The notes under the pieces were generated by a model. The model was given only the letters and a program-made list of their open reading frames with translations, had not been told where the DNA came from and did not search any database. The position numbers and the translations under genes are program-made. Source: Paracoccaceae bacterium (GTDB lineage Bacteria > Pseudomonadota > Alphaproteobacteria > Rhodobacterales > Rhodobacteraceae). From it: a stretch of DNA of 64,000 nucleotides. Positions 43,096-55,720 of this stretch are shown here, one piece after another (positions within the stretch are counted from its first letter, which is position 1; every line of letters starts with the position of its first letter). The stretch is taken from positions 75,659 to 139,658 of the forward strand of contig JAPYON010000001.1 of assembly GCA_029938175.1 (NCBI GenBank), given 5' to 3'.

Positions 43096-44214
43096 ATGAA
43101 AGTCAGTATCGAACGCAGCACTCTTATGAAGGCAATGAGCCGCGCCCAGTCAGTGGTCGAGCGTCGCAACACGATCCCCATTTTGGCAAACGTGCTGATT
43201 GAGGCCGAGGGCGACCAAGTTTCCCTGCGTGCCACCGATCTGGACATCGAGGTGACCGATAAGGCCACGGCCGTCGTTGAGCGCGCCGGAGCAACCACGG
43301 TTGGGGCGCAGACATTACATGAAATCGTGCGAAAACTGCCGGACGGGTCCATGGTTGAGCTGTCGGACGATGATCAGTCAGGTCGGCTGGAAATCCGCGC
43401 TGGACGCTCGCATTTCAGTCTGGCTACCCTGCCACGCGAGGATTTTCCGGTGATGGCGTCGGCGGAATATGACTGCAACTTTGGCGTAAAGGCTTCGGTC
43501 TTAAGCAGGTTGTTCGATAAAGCGAAATTTGCGATCTCGACTGAGGAAACGCGCTATTATCTGAATGGCATATACTTGCATGCGGCGGACGCAGCGAGCG
43601 GTAAAGTTCTGCGGTGTGTGGCGACTGATGGTCACCGGCTAGCGAAAATCGATGCAGATCTACCGGAAGGCGCGGCGGACATTCCGGGTGTGATTGTGCC
43701 TCGTAAAGCGGTGAACGAAGTTGGAAAATTGCTGGGCGATGGTGATGTGGTGATTGCAGTTTCGGTATCTGAAACCAAAATCCGCTTTGCAACGCCGGAG
43801 GTTACGTTGACGTCTAAAGTGATTGACGGCTCGTTTCCTGATTACACACGGGTTATCCCGCAGGGCAACACCAAACGTCTTGAAGTCGACGCGGCAGAGT
43901 TCGCGCGCGCCGTTGATCGTGTGGCGACCGTTTCGTCAGAGCGTTCCCGCGCGGTTAAAATGTCACTGAACGAAGATCGTCTGGTGCTGTCGGTAAATTC
44001 GCCAGATTCCGGCGCTGCGGACGAAGAACTGGCCGTCGCCTACGCGGACGAGCCTTTGGAAATCGGCTTTAACGCCAAATACCTGCTGGAAATTGCCAAT
44101 CAAGTGGATCGTGAGAATGCCGTGTTCATGTTCAATTCCTCCGGTGATCCGACATTAATGCGCGAAGGCAATGACGACAGCGCGGTCTATGTTGTGATGC
44201 CGATGCGCGTATGA
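43096..44214 (+). CDS. dnaN: DNA polymerase III beta clamp
   Basis: VERRNTIPILANV, STEETRYYLNG, VATDGHRLA and VVMPMRV. Confidence 0.98.
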   Translation: MKVSIERSTLMKAMSRAQSVVERRNTIPILANVLIEAEGDQVSLRATDLDIEVTDKATAVVERAGATTVGAQTLHEIVRKLPDGSMVELSDDDQSGRLEIRAGRSHFSLATLPREDFPVMASAEYDCNFGVKASVLSRLFDKAKFAISTEETRYYLNGIYLHAADAASGKVLRCVATDGHRLAKIDADLPEGAADIPGVIVPRKAVNEVGKLLGDGDVVIAVSVSETKIRFATPEVTLTSKVIDGSFPDYTRVIPQGNTKRLEVDAAEFARAVDRVATVSSERSRAVKMSLNEDRLVLSVNSPDSGAADEELAVAYADEPLEIGFNAKYLLEIANQVDRENAVFMFNSSGDPTLMREGNDDSAVYVVMPMRV

Positions 44215-45314
44215 CGCTTGCAATTCGCGAGCTGAAACTCTCGCATTTCCGATCACATAAGGCCGCCCGTCTGGAAACCGACGGGCGGCCTATTGCTATT
44301 TACGGGCCGAATGGCGCGGGCAAGACGAACATCCTTGAGGCGATCTCGATGTTGTCACCTGGGCGAGGTTTGCGACGGGCGCCAGTCGATGAAATGTCCC
44401 GCACACCAGAACGTCTTGGTTGGAAAATTACGGCAACGCTGGAAAGCCTGTCTGAAGTGCACGAGCTGGTGACTTGGATCGAGGGTGACGGTCCGAGACA
44501 GGTGGAGATCGACGGTAAATTGGCTCCACAACTGGCGCTTGGCCGGCTGGCGAGGATAGTCTGGCTGGTGCCGGTGATGGATCGCCTATGGCTTGAGGGC
44601 GCAAGCGAGCGGCGGCGATTTTTGGACCGCATGGTGATGAGCTTCATCCCAAGCCACGCCGAGGCAACGGTGAAATACGAAAAAGCCATGCGGGAACGTA
44701 ACCGTTTGTTGAAAGACAGCGTTCGCGATGCGTCTTGGTATGGCGCTCTTGAGGGGCAGATGGCCGAGGCGGGCGGCGCGATTTCCGCCAACCGCGTCGA
44801 GGTGATTGCGCGTTTGCAGGCGACTCAGGAAGGGGTCGAAACAGCGTTTCCGGTAGCCGACTTGTCTCTGACCTCGGCTGATGATCTACTGCCGGAGCAG
44901 ACCGCCGAAACCTTGCGCGACGCTTTTGAGGCGGGCCGTTTCCGTGATATGGCCGCGGGACGAACGTTGACGGGGCCACACCGCGCGGACCTGCGCGCGG
45001 TCTATGCCGCCAAGGGGGTTGAGGCAAAGATGTGCTCCACAGGGGAACAGAAGGCCTTGCTGGTCTCGCTGATGCTAGCCAATGCGCGGGCCTTGGCGCA
45101 GGATTTCGGCGCACCGCCGATTTTATTACTGGACGAAGTCGCTGCGCATCTGGATGCGGATCGACGTGCTGCATTGTATGCTGAAATCTGCGCGCTGGGC
45201 GCGCAAGCATGGATGACAGGTACAGGCCCTGAATTATTCGAGGCCTTGGGGGACCGCGTGAACTTTATCGAGGTGTCGGAACAGAACGGCATTTCAAATC
45301 TGGAGGAACTATAA
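44211..45314 (+). CDS. recF: DNA replication/repair protein RecF
   Basis: GPNGAGKTNILEA, ERRRFLDR, GPHRADL, CSTGEQKALL and LLLDEVAAHLD. Confidence 0.97.
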   Translation: MTLAIRELKLSHFRSHKAARLETDGRPIAIYGPNGAGKTNILEAISMLSPGRGLRRAPVDEMSRTPERLGWKITATLESLSEVHELVTWIEGDGPRQVEIDGKLAPQLALGRLARIVWLVPVMDRLWLEGASERRRFLDRMVMSFIPSHAEATVKYEKAMRERNRLLKDSVRDASWYGALEGQMAEAGGAISANRVEVIARLQATQEGVETAFPVADLSLTSADDLLPEQTAETLRDAFEAGRFRDMAAGRTLTGPHRADLRAVYAAKGVEAKMCSTGEQKALLVSLMLANARALAQDFGAPPILLLDEVAAHLDADRRAALYAEICALGAQAWMTGTGPELFEALGDRVNFIEVSEQNGISNLEEL

Positions 45315-45500
45315 TGACACCACAAAGGGTTACACTAATCACTCTGGGTGTGAAGGATTTGGCAGCCTCCCGTGCTTTTACAAAGCATTGGGGTGGGTAG
45401 AATCGACGCGTTCGCAATAAAGCATTGCGTTTTCCAGATTAACGGTATGGCGCTAGGCTTGTTTGGCGTTGACGGCGCTGGCCGCTGCACGGTGGTGGCT
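45314..45500 (+). pseudogene. VOC/glyoxalase-family pseudogene, frameshifted and truncated
   Basis: MTPQRVTLITLGVKDLAASRAF, then KALGW and QINGMALGLF in shifted frames with a stop. Confidence 0.75.
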
Positions 45501-45522
45501 CACTAACTTTACCGGACTAATT

Positions 45523-46155
45523 ATGACCTTCTCTATTTGTGAAATACTCCTCTACATGGGCGCACTTGCGATCCTTTTCCTCAGGCCGGGACCTGTCTGG
45601 GTGGCACTGGTGGCACGCGGTGTGCCTGGCGGGTTTCACGCTGCATGACCGCTGGCACTGGGCGTTGCCGTCGGAGATATGATCTGGCCGCTGTTTGCGA
45701 TCTTCGGTGTCAGCCTGTTGATAGAGGTTTATGCCGATTTCCTTAGCCTGCTGCTTTGTGGCGGGGCGGTGATACTGGTCTGGATGGGGGTCCGAACGAT
45801 CCGTAACGCTGACAAACCGATCGTCGCGGATGGACGGCTTAGTAAATCGGGCATGTGGGCGGGGTTCGTTGCAGGTTTTATGATAATCATAGGCAATCCG
45901 AAGGCCATTCGGTTTTACATGGGCGTATTTTTAAACTTCTTCGATATAAACAACGTCACAGGGCTGGATATTGCCGTAATCTGCGCGATTTCGGGCTTGG
46001 TGCTGTTTGCGGGCGAACATCCTGTTCGCACTGTAGATCGACCGCATCCGTCGGCTCCTGTCTTCGGCGGAATCCGTTCGACGAACCAACCTGAATTCCG
46101 GCTCGGCATTGGTTGTGGTTGGTGCAGTAATCGCTTCGATATGATCGCGTCATGA
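45523..46155 (+). pseudogene. LysE-family pseudogene
   Basis: MTFSICEILLYMGALAILFLRPGPVWVALVARG..FHAA*PLALGVAVGDMIWP..IIGNPKAIRFY; premature TGA and a frameshifted 3' end. Confidence 0.8.
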
Positions 46156-46658
46156 AGATATAGATTGCACAAACGATTGACGGATATATTGCAGGTCCGG
46201 ACGGCTCGCTCGATTATCTGGACGCGCTTCAGGACAGTGATTTTGGCTATGACGAGTTTATCGCCAGTGTTGACGGAATGCTCATGGGGCGCAACACGCT
46301 AGAGGCGTTTTAGGAACAACACGGTTGGCCCTATCCTGAACATCTGCTAGCGACCATCATGACGCACCGCCTGTTGCGGCGCGGGATGCCGGAACATGTA
46401 CGGACGTTGGAAAGCATAGAGGTTGCGGCGAAGATGTTGCCAAATGCCTATGTTGATGGGGGTCATGTGATCGCACAGTGCCTTGCAAGAAGCCTGATCC
46501 GAGAAGCCCGTGCTTTTACACTGTCGATCCTGCTTGGTGCCGGTATTCCGCTGTTCCTTGAGGGGTCGACGACGACACAAAGTTGGACGCTGATGGAGTC
46601 AAAATCCTATCCATGCGGGACCGTTGAAAGCCATTATAATATTCCCGCAAAAGCGTGA
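46152..46658 (+). pseudogene. Dihydrofolate reductase / RibD C-terminal family pseudogene
   Basis: MKI*IAQTIDGYIAGPDGSLDYL..MLMGRNT..F*..YVDGG..LLGAGIPLF; two in-frame TAG stops. Confidence 0.8.
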
Positions 46659-46699
46659 CATTCCCGAGGGTTTAAGCTAGTATTCTGCCCACTAATTAG

Positions 46700-49126
<2,427 letters not shown>

Positions 49127-49129
49127 TGG

Positions 49130-49498
49130 AGTCGGCCGCTGTTCCCGCAACAATACGGCCCAGTGCTTTGCTTCCGCGTAGCACTAACAACGTCGATCTC
49201 TGGGAACTTTTGCGGCTGGTGGTGACCACATTGCGGCTATAGATGTCCCAGTCAACGCGTACAAAACCAGCGCCTCGTTGTAGGCAGGGTTTTCGGTGCG
49301 CAGGCTGTTCACCGCTTTTTCCTGCACTTTACAGGTTGAGCACCAAACGACCGAGTAATCTACTATCACGGTTTTACCTTCGTTCAGCAGCGCTTGGATT
49401 ACGCTATGGCTCATAGTGATCCAACCTTCGGCGGCTTGGGCTGCCATTGGAAGCGCGATCAAGGCGGTTGTGGTTAGCAGAAAGTGACGACGATCCAT
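49130..49498 (-). pseudogene. Thioredoxin-family protein with Tat-like signal, frameshifted
   Basis: MDRRHFLL signal and WCSTC motif; FVRVDWD and STLLVLRG..LGRIVAGT continue in shifted frames. Confidence 0.75.
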
Positions 49499-49510
49499 GG
49501 GGGACCTCCT

Positions 49511-49663
49511 TTATATTGAAACGGAAAAGAGCAGCAACCAGTCGGGCATAAGTTCAAGTAGCCAAAGTTCTATCACCTGATTGAAACGGGTCAGGACCAT
49601 TATGCCAACGGCGACGAAAATGATGCCCATCAACGGTTTGGATTTCTCCGCGAGGGCACGCAG
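49511..49663 (-). pseudogene. C-terminal remnant of a CcdA-type cytochrome c biogenesis protein
   Basis: LRALAEKSKPLMGIIFVAVGIMVLTRFNQVIELWLLELMPDWLLLFSVSI*, followed by AGGAGG and the thioredoxin ATG. Confidence 0.6.
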
Positions 49664-49909
49664 TTGACGCCCAGATATATGGTGTTCTGACTGATGCCGA
49701 ACAGAAATACGCGAGCCACTGCTTGCGGGTTAAGCAAGCGTTTTGTCCAAGGTATATGCGATACCCACAGCGATCAGACCGGAAATTAAAAAGCACAACG
49801 ACAGCATCGCTAGTGGGGAGGCGTGTGCCACAGCGATGCGGGCGGATGTGAACCCGTTGCTCCACATTAAGGCGAAAGACAGGCCCATTAGCATTGCACG
49901 AAAATCCAT
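49664..49909 (-). pseudogene. N-terminal remnant of a DMT/EamA transporter
   Basis: MDFRAMLMGLSFALMWSNGFTSARIAVAHASPLAML; FLFGISQNTIYLG after a frameshift; ends at the CcdA-like fragment. Confidence 0.75.
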
Positions 49910-49922
49910 TGGGTTCTCCAAG

Positions 49923-49951
49923 AAAAAAGGGCCGCCCAATGGCGACCCTTA
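49923..49951 (-). terminator. Intrinsic terminator after the HU gene
   Basis: Minus strand AAGGGTCGCC-ATTG-GGCGGCCCTT followed by a T run. Confidence 0.8.
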
Positions 49952-49971
49952 GAAACCGTGTGTTTTCGTGA

Positions 49972-50262
49972 TTACGCGTTAACAGCGTCTTTCAGTGCTT
50001 TGGCAATAGTCACCTTGGCAACGCGGTCAGCGTCTTTATGCATTTGCTCGCCTGTGGCAGGGTTGCGAACCATGCGGTCTGGGCGGTCACGGCAGATGAA
50101 TTTACCTAGGCCTGGAAGGGTCACGGAACCGCCTGCGGAAACTTCGGTGGTCACGATATCGGTGATGGCACTGAGCGTCGCGTTGGCTGTAGCTTTGTCT
50201 GTCCCAGTTGCTTCTGCAAGAGCAGCGACAAGCACGGTCTTTGTCATAGGTTTTAGAGTCAT
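49972..50262 (-). CDS. HU-family DNA-binding protein
   Basis: MTKTVLVAALAE, VTLPGLGKF and RMVRNPATGE. Confidence 0.93.
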   Translation of the reverse strand: MTLKPMTKTVLVAALAEATGTDKATANATLSAITDIVTTEVSAGGSVTLPGLGKFICRDRPDRMVRNPATGEQMHKDADRVAKVTIAKALKDAVNA

Positions 50263-50427
50263 TTATTTTCATCCCTGTTTTGGTTGTTTTATTTGAACCA
50301 TTTTGGCCCACGAATAGGACTAAAGCGGTTTTGCGCGATAAACTCAATCAATGATTTGTATATTTTCCCTTTTTTTATGGGTTTTTAGGAATTTTTTCAT
50401 ACTTTTTAACCAAAGGGCTGCCGGGTT

Positions 50428-51912
50428 TTATAAAAACGCGGTTTCGTCAAAACTGCGCAACTTTCGCGAATGCAGACGTTCAAGTGGCATTTCTCTTAAC
50501 GATTGCATTGCCCTGATGCCGATTTGCAAATGCTGCGAGACTTGGCGTTGATAAAATGCGGTGGCCATTCCGGGCAGCTTCAATTCGCCGTGTAGGGGTT
50601 TGTCGGATACGCACAGCAGCGTGCCGTAGGGCACGCGAAAACGGAATCCGTTGGCGGCGATCGTGGCGCTTTCCATGTCCAGTGCGATGGAACGGGATTG
50701 GCTTAGACGTTGCACGGGGCCGGATTGGTCGCGCAGTTCCCAGTTGCGGTTGTCGATGGTGGCGACGGTGCCTGTCCGCATGATGGTTTTCAGTTCGTAT
50801 CCAGTGTAGCCCGTCACGGATTCCACGGCATTTTCCAGCGCGATTTGAACTTCGGCCAGCGCGGGGATGGGCACCCAGACGGGCAGGTCGTCGTCCAGCA
50901 CGTGATCTTCGCGAACGTAAGCGTGCGCCAGAACGTAATCTCCAAGATTTTGCGAGTTTCGCAACCCAGCGCAATGACCCAGCATCAACCAAGCATGCGG
51001 GCGCAAAACGGCAACGTGGTCGGTGATGGTTTTGGCGTTGGATGGGCCGACGCCAATATTAACCATTGTAATGCCAGAGCCGTCGGCGCTGGTTAGATGG
51101 TAGGCTGGCATTTGTGATAACTTTCCAAGTGGCTCACCCGTTGTGCCATCGCGTGTGGTGATAACGTTGCCCGGTTCGACCAGCGTTTCGTAGCCGGAGT
51201 CGGGGTCTTGCAAAGCGGCCTTGGCGAACAACAGGAACTCGTCCATATAAAATTGATAATTGGTGAACAATACATGGTTCTGGAAATGCGAAGGGCTGGT
51301 TGCTGTGTAATGTGACAGCCGTGCCAGCGAATAGTCGACGCGCTGTGCGGTGAACGGAGCCAGTGCACGGGTGCCGTCTGCGGCAGGCTTATCCGTTCCG
51401 TTCGCGATCAAATCGTTCGTGGTTTCAAGGTCAGGCACGTCGAAAACATCGCGCAAAGGGCGCTGCAAAATATCCTCGATAGAGCCTTCGATATGCGCGC
51501 CCTCGCCCATCGCGAAATGCAGCGGGATCGGGGTTGTCGAGGTTTCAACGCGGATCGGCACTCCGTGGTTTTTCAACAACAGGCTGATTTGCTGTTCAAG
51601 ATATTTCTCAAACAGATGCGGGCGTGTCAGCGTGGTGGAATACATCCCGGGCTCGGCCACATGGCCAAAAGACAATCGTGTATCGATCTTCGTAAAGCTA
51701 CGAGTGAACAGCGAAATCTGCGGATAATAGGCGCGGTAATGGCCCTTGACACTTTCACCGCTCATCACACGAGCGAAGCTGTCTTTCAGGAAACCGGTTG
51801 CCTCGTCATAAAGTTTCTGGACGGCCTTAACGGCCAACGTAGCGTCAGTAAATTCCTGAAACCCTTCTAAAGTTGGGGAAATGCGACTTAGTTTGTTATG
51901 TTTTTGATTCAT
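50428..51912 (-). CDS. amn: AMP nucleosidase
   Basis: QRVDYSLARLSHYT, LFTNYQFY, QMPAYHL, NIGVGPSNAKTITDH and DMESATIAANGFRFRVPYG. Confidence 0.96.
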   Translation of the reverse strand: MNQKHNKLSRISPTLEGFQEFTDATLAVKAVQKLYDEATGFLKDSFARVMSGESVKGHYRAYYPQISLFTRSFTKIDTRLSFGHVAEPGMYSTTLTRPHLFEKYLEQQISLLLKNHGVPIRVETSTTPIPLHFAMGEGAHIEGSIEDILQRPLRDVFDVPDLETTNDLIANGTDKPAADGTRALAPFTAQRVDYSLARLSHYTATSPSHFQNHVLFTNYQFYMDEFLLFAKAALQDPDSGYETLVEPGNVITTRDGTTGEPLGKLSQMPAYHLTSADGSGITMVNIGVGPSNAKTITDHVAVLRPHAWLMLGHCAGLRNSQNLGDYVLAHAYVREDHVLDDDLPVWVPIPALAEVQIALENAVESVTGYTGYELKTIMRTGTVATIDNRNWELRDQSGPVQRLSQSRSIALDMESATIAANGFRFRVPYGTLLCVSDKPLHGELKLPGMATAFYQRQVSQHLQIGIRAMQSLREMPLERLHSRKLRSFDETAFL

Positions 51913-53729
51913 TGTCGATCTTTCAAAAATAACGGTGTTTCTTCAAATAATACTACATCAATCAGGCCGACATCGGAAATCCGAAGTTCTGGAATAACAA
52001 CCAGCGCCAGTAGCGAGTGCTGCATATAGGCGTTATTCAACGTGCAACCGCATTCGACTATCGCGGCAATCATCTGATGCGCATCGGCTGCGACTTTGTG
52101 GGCGTCCGCGTCAGACATCAGGCCGCCGATGGGCAGTTTGACCAAGGCCAGCTCTCGTCCGTCTTTCCAGACAGTGATGCCGCCACCGACTTCGTGAAGG
52201 CGGTTGGCGGCGAAGGCCATGTCGGCCTTAGAGGTTCCCACGATAATCATATGATGGCTGTCGTGCGCAACTGTCGAGGCGACGGCGCAATCGCCAAAAT
52301 AGCCGAAGCCAGACACAAAAGCGTTCGTGACGGTGCCCGTCGCACGATGGCGTTCTACGAGGGCGACCTGGCAGACATCTTGCGTTTCATCCCCCACGGC
52401 AAGCCCGCCTTCGACGCTTAGCGTGGCGATAAGTGCTTTGGTTGGAGCCTGATTTTCCACCACTCCGATTACACGGGCCTTGACTTGATTTGCGCCTTCT
52501 GGGGCGACGATATCAAAATCGGCAGCCGTTTTTTCTTTACCCATGTTGACCGACTGGCGGGCCTTTTTCGGCCATTCAAACGGGGCTTCCTCACCAACCA
52601 GTTTGCCGTCTTGCGCGACGATCTGGCCGCGGGCAATAACGGTCTCGATTGGCAGGGCTCTCAGGTCGGACGATAGGATAACATCTGCACGACGACCGGG
52701 CGTGATGGAGCCAAGCTCGCGTTCAAGCCCGAAGTGTGTGGCCGTGTTTATCGTGGCCATTTGAATTGCAATCAACGGGTCAAGACCACAGTCGATGGCA
52801 TGCCGCACGACGCGGTTCATGTGGCCATCATGCACCAACGTACCGGAGTGGCAATCGTCAGTGCACAGGATAAAGTTTCGTGGATCGAGACCTTTTTCAG
52901 TGACCGCGGTCACTTGTGCCTCAACATCATGCCAAGCAGAGCCCAGCCGCATCATCGACCGCATCCCTTGCCGCACGCGCATAATAGCGTCGGACTCGCA
53001 TGTACCTTCGTGGTCGTCCGCGGGACCGCCAGCAGCATAGGCGCGGAAGCCATCAAGATCGGCGCTGGCGAAATGTCCGCCAACGGTTTTACCGGCACGC
53101 TGCGTCGCCACGATGATGGCCAGCATTTTGGGGTCGTTGTTCATCACGCCGGGGAAATTCATCATTTCACCAAGGCCGATGATGTTGGGCCATTGCATTG
53201 CCTCGATCACATCGTCGGGCGTTAATTCGTGACCAGTGTTTTCCAAATCGGGGGCCGACGGGGCGCAAGAGGGCATTTGCACAAACACGTTAATGCGTTG
53301 TTGCAAAGCCTCGTCGTGCATCAAGCGCACCCCTTCCAGCCCCATAACATTGGCGATCTCGTGCGGGTCGGTGAACATGGACGTCGTGCCGTGCGGGATG
53401 ACGGCGCGCGCAAATTGGGTTGTGGTCAGCATGCCGCTTTCGACGTGCATGTGACCGTCGCAGAGGCCGGGGATAATGTAACGCCCATTCGCCTCGATTA
53501 TTTCGGTGTCCGGGCCAATGCAATGACTGGCGTCGGGGCCGCAATAGGCAAAGCGCCCCTCGGCAATGGCGATGTCGGTATTCGGGATCACCTCGCGGGA
53601 ATGGACGTTAACCCACTGCCCCTGACGGATAACCATGTCGGTAGGGGCGCGGCCAGAAGCTACGTCTATTAAGTGGGAGGCAACATCGGCCCATGTTTTG
53701 ATTGGAGCATGCATTGCTAAAATTGGCAC
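51909..53729 (-). CDS. ade: Adenine deaminase
   Basis: PGLCDGHMHVES, DPHEIANV, GEMMNFPG, CTDDCH and STVAHDSH; start approximate. Confidence 0.95.
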   Translation of the reverse strand: MPILAMHAPIKTWADVASHLIDVASGRAPTDMVIRQGQWVNVHSREVIPNTDIAIAEGRFAYCGPDASHCIGPDTEIIEANGRYIIPGLCDGHMHVESGMLTTTQFARAVIPHGTTSMFTDPHEIANVMGLEGVRLMHDEALQQRINVFVQMPSCAPSAPDLENTGHELTPDDVIEAMQWPNIIGLGEMMNFPGVMNNDPKMLAIIVATQRAGKTVGGHFASADLDGFRAYAAGGPADDHEGTCESDAIMRVRQGMRSMMRLGSAWHDVEAQVTAVTEKGLDPRNFILCTDDCHSGTLVHDGHMNRVVRHAIDCGLDPLIAIQMATINTATHFGLERELGSITPGRRADVILSSDLRALPIETVIARGQIVAQDGKLVGEEAPFEWPKKARQSVNMGKEKTAADFDIVAPEGANQVKARVIGVVENQAPTKALIATLSVEGGLAVGDETQDVCQVALVERHRATGTVTNAFVSGFGYFGDCAVASTVAHDSHHMIIVGTSKADMAFAANRLHEVGGGITVWKDGRELALVKLPIGGLMSDADAHKVAADAHQMIAAIVECGCTLNNAYMQHSLLALVVIPELRISDVGLIDVVLFEETPLFLKDRQ

Positions 53730-53802
53730 AAGATGTCGCAGATGTCCAAGTAAAATATTTGTGCAACTGTTAAGGGAATAATTAACGAATGAGGGAGGTC
53801 AG

Positions 53803-54250
53803 ATGAATTACGAAACAGTTAACGCAGAAAACTTCGGCGCGTCCTTAAGGGTATGGGCATTAACATCTTGGTAAGAGATGTATTGACGACGGCTGGATTA
53901 CTGTGCGACGTGTTCGACATGAAAGCACATCAAGCGACCGCCGACTTCGCGATCATGCAGTACGGCGGGCAGGTTTTCCAGTTGCACGCGGACGCAACGA
54001 CCACAACCAGCCACTGCCCTCTTTGTTGCCAGAGGCAGGACCGCGAGGGGGCGGAATCGAGTTGCGCTTGTACGAGATAGATCCGGATAAGGCAGTGGCC
54101 AAGGTGATTTCACACGCGCATGGTGCAGTGATTTTACACGAGCCGACGGACAAGCCACAAGGCCTTCTAGAATGCGTGATCCTGTGCGAGAATGGTTGTG
54201 CGTGGGTGCCAAGCAGGTCGCGGTTTAGCCGCAACCGACTGGATAGGTGA
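53803..54250 (+). pseudogene. Glyoxalase/VOC-family pseudogene with two frameshifts
   Basis: RBS GGGAGG then MNYETVNAENFGASL / GMGINILVRDV..FQLHAD / PLPSLLPEAGPRGGGIELRLYEIDPD..PTDKP, spread over three frames. Confidence 0.75.
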
Positions 54251-54575
54251 TGCGGAACGGTTGGTCTGGCGGTCCGCCAAAGGGTCGAAGCAGGTGATGT
54301 TGTTAAGACCGTTTGCCCAATAAGCGTTGGGATTAACGGGCGTTACTATGCCTAAACGACCCTCGATCTGGACTTCGAAATGCAGATGCAGGAGGCCTCC
54401 GGAGAGGATTTCGGTGCGCCCTAACGTTCCAATTTTCTGGCCACGGGCAATGGTATCACCAACGTTAACGATCTGGGATGTCAGATGTTTGTATTGTGTG
54501 CGGATTTTCACGCCATCGGCGTTGGTGCCATGGCTTATGATAATGTTATTGCCGTAAAACGGATCGGTAAAAACA
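54167..54575 (-). pseudogene. 5'-truncated M23-family peptidase fragment
   Basis: YGNNIIISHG..TQYKHL..VNVGDTIARGQKIGTLG..HLHFEV catalytic motifs without an N-terminus. Confidence 0.75.
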
Positions 54576-54690
54576 GTGCGTCACTGTGAAATAGTTCACC
54601 GGCGACGGTTGCCATCAAGGCGATCTCGTCGGTTTAGCCATCACAAAGTGAGGCAACGCGGGCAGAAAGGGCTGGATAGTCGATTTTCAT
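54576..54690 (-). pseudogene. N-terminal remnant of a stand-alone GAF-domain protein
   Basis: MKIDYPALSARVASLCDG*TDEIALMATVAGELFHSD with an in-frame TAA; ends at the M23 fragment. Confidence 0.6.
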
Positions 54691-54763
54691 GGTATCTGCT
54701 GCTCTTGTATGCAGTTCCTATTGAAAATACCTTAGGCGTCAGGATTTTAACAGGAGAGTTCCA

Positions 54764-55720
54764 TTGAGTGGACTTTTGGCCCTTTTAGACGATGTGGCGG
54801 CAATTGCGAAGGTTGCGGCGTCCTCGCTTGATGATATCGCAGCGCAGGCTACAAAGGCTGGAACTAAGGCGGCAGCGTTGGTGATTGATGATGCCGCGGT
54901 GACTCCGCAATATACACACGGTTTTGAACCTTCTCGAGAGCTGCCTATCGTGTGGCGGATTGCCAAGGGCTCGGTGAAAAACAAACTTTTGATATTGTTG
55001 CCAGCGGGGCTGTTGCTGTCCTCGTTTGCGCCTTGGGCCATTACGCCGTTGCTGATGATTGGCGGTGGATATTTGTGTTACGAGGGCGCCGAGAAGGTTT
55101 TGCACAAATATTTGCGCCATAGCGGCAGCAAAGCCGAAGACAAGCCGTCGGATCCTGCGCATCTGGAGGAAACCAAGGTTGCCGGGGCTATCAAGACAGA
55201 TTTCATTTTGTCCGCCGAGATCATGACGGTGTCACTCGCGGCCATTCCCGAAAGTAATATCTGGATGGAGGGGACTGTTCTGGCTGTCGTAGGCGTTGGT
55301 ATTACCGCGCTGGTTTACGGTGGCGTGGCGTTGATCGTGAAGGCTGATGATTTGGGATTGTTGATGGCGCGTAGCGGGCGGCTGAAACCTACGCGAGCTA
55401 TGGGGCGCTGGATTGTCCGTTCCATGCCGGCGTTTATGCACGGGCTAACGATTGTGGGAACCGTGGCGATGCTGTGGGTTGGCGGTTCGATCATTGTGCA
55501 CGGGCTGGAGGTGTTGAGATTTATCTGGTTGGGACATTTGATACAAGGATGGGCTGTCGCCGTGGGCGGTTTGGTGCCTTGGGGCGCGGCCGCTGTCGAA
55601 TGGGCGGTGACTGCTGTGGCAGATGGCGTGTTGGGTGTGGCAATCGGAGCGGCGATTATTCCGCTGGTATCGAAGGTGATCACCCCGGTTTTGAGTATTT
55701 TTGCAAAAAAGAAACCCTAG
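54764..55720 (+). CDS. DUF808-family membrane protein
   Basis: LLALLDDVAAIAK, VIDDAAVTPQY, RELPIVWRIAKGS, AGAIKTDFILSAEI and GTVAMLWVGG. Confidence 0.92.
   Translation: MSGLLALLDDVAAIAKVAASSLDDIAAQATKAGTKAAALVIDDAAVTPQYTHGFEPSRELPIVWRIAKGSVKNKLLILLPAGLLLSSFAPWAITPLLMIGGGYLCYEGAEKVLHKYLRHSGSKAEDKPSDPAHLEETKVAGAIKTDFILSAEIMTVSLAAIPESNIWMEGTVLAVVGVGITALVYGGVALIVKADDLGLLMARSGRLKPTRAMGRWIVRSMPAFMHGLTIVGTVAMLWVGGSIIVHGLEVLRFIWLGHLIQGWAVAVGGLVPWGAAAVEWAVTAVADGVLGVAIGAAIIPLVSKVITPVLSIFAKKKP

Noticed and set aside
45523-46658. Stop-codon recoding or readthrough (TGA at a likely Trp in LysE; TAG in the DHFR-like gene)
   Set aside because: Many intact genes here end in TGA or TAG at their proper C-termini (petA, petC, gyrB, gcvP). 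The internal stops are of all three types and occur alongside frameshifts and deletions, which fits ordinary decay.
49972-53729. ade-amn-HU cluster as a novel nucleotide-based defence system
   Set aside because: To my recollection this order is a common Rhodobacterales purine-salvage arrangement, and the proteins are full-length canonical enzymes.
53770-53786. CtrA-like site TTAA-GGGAATAA-TTAAC
   Set aside because: The spacer is 8 nt rather than 7, and it lies in an AT-rich promoter region in front of a pseudogene.
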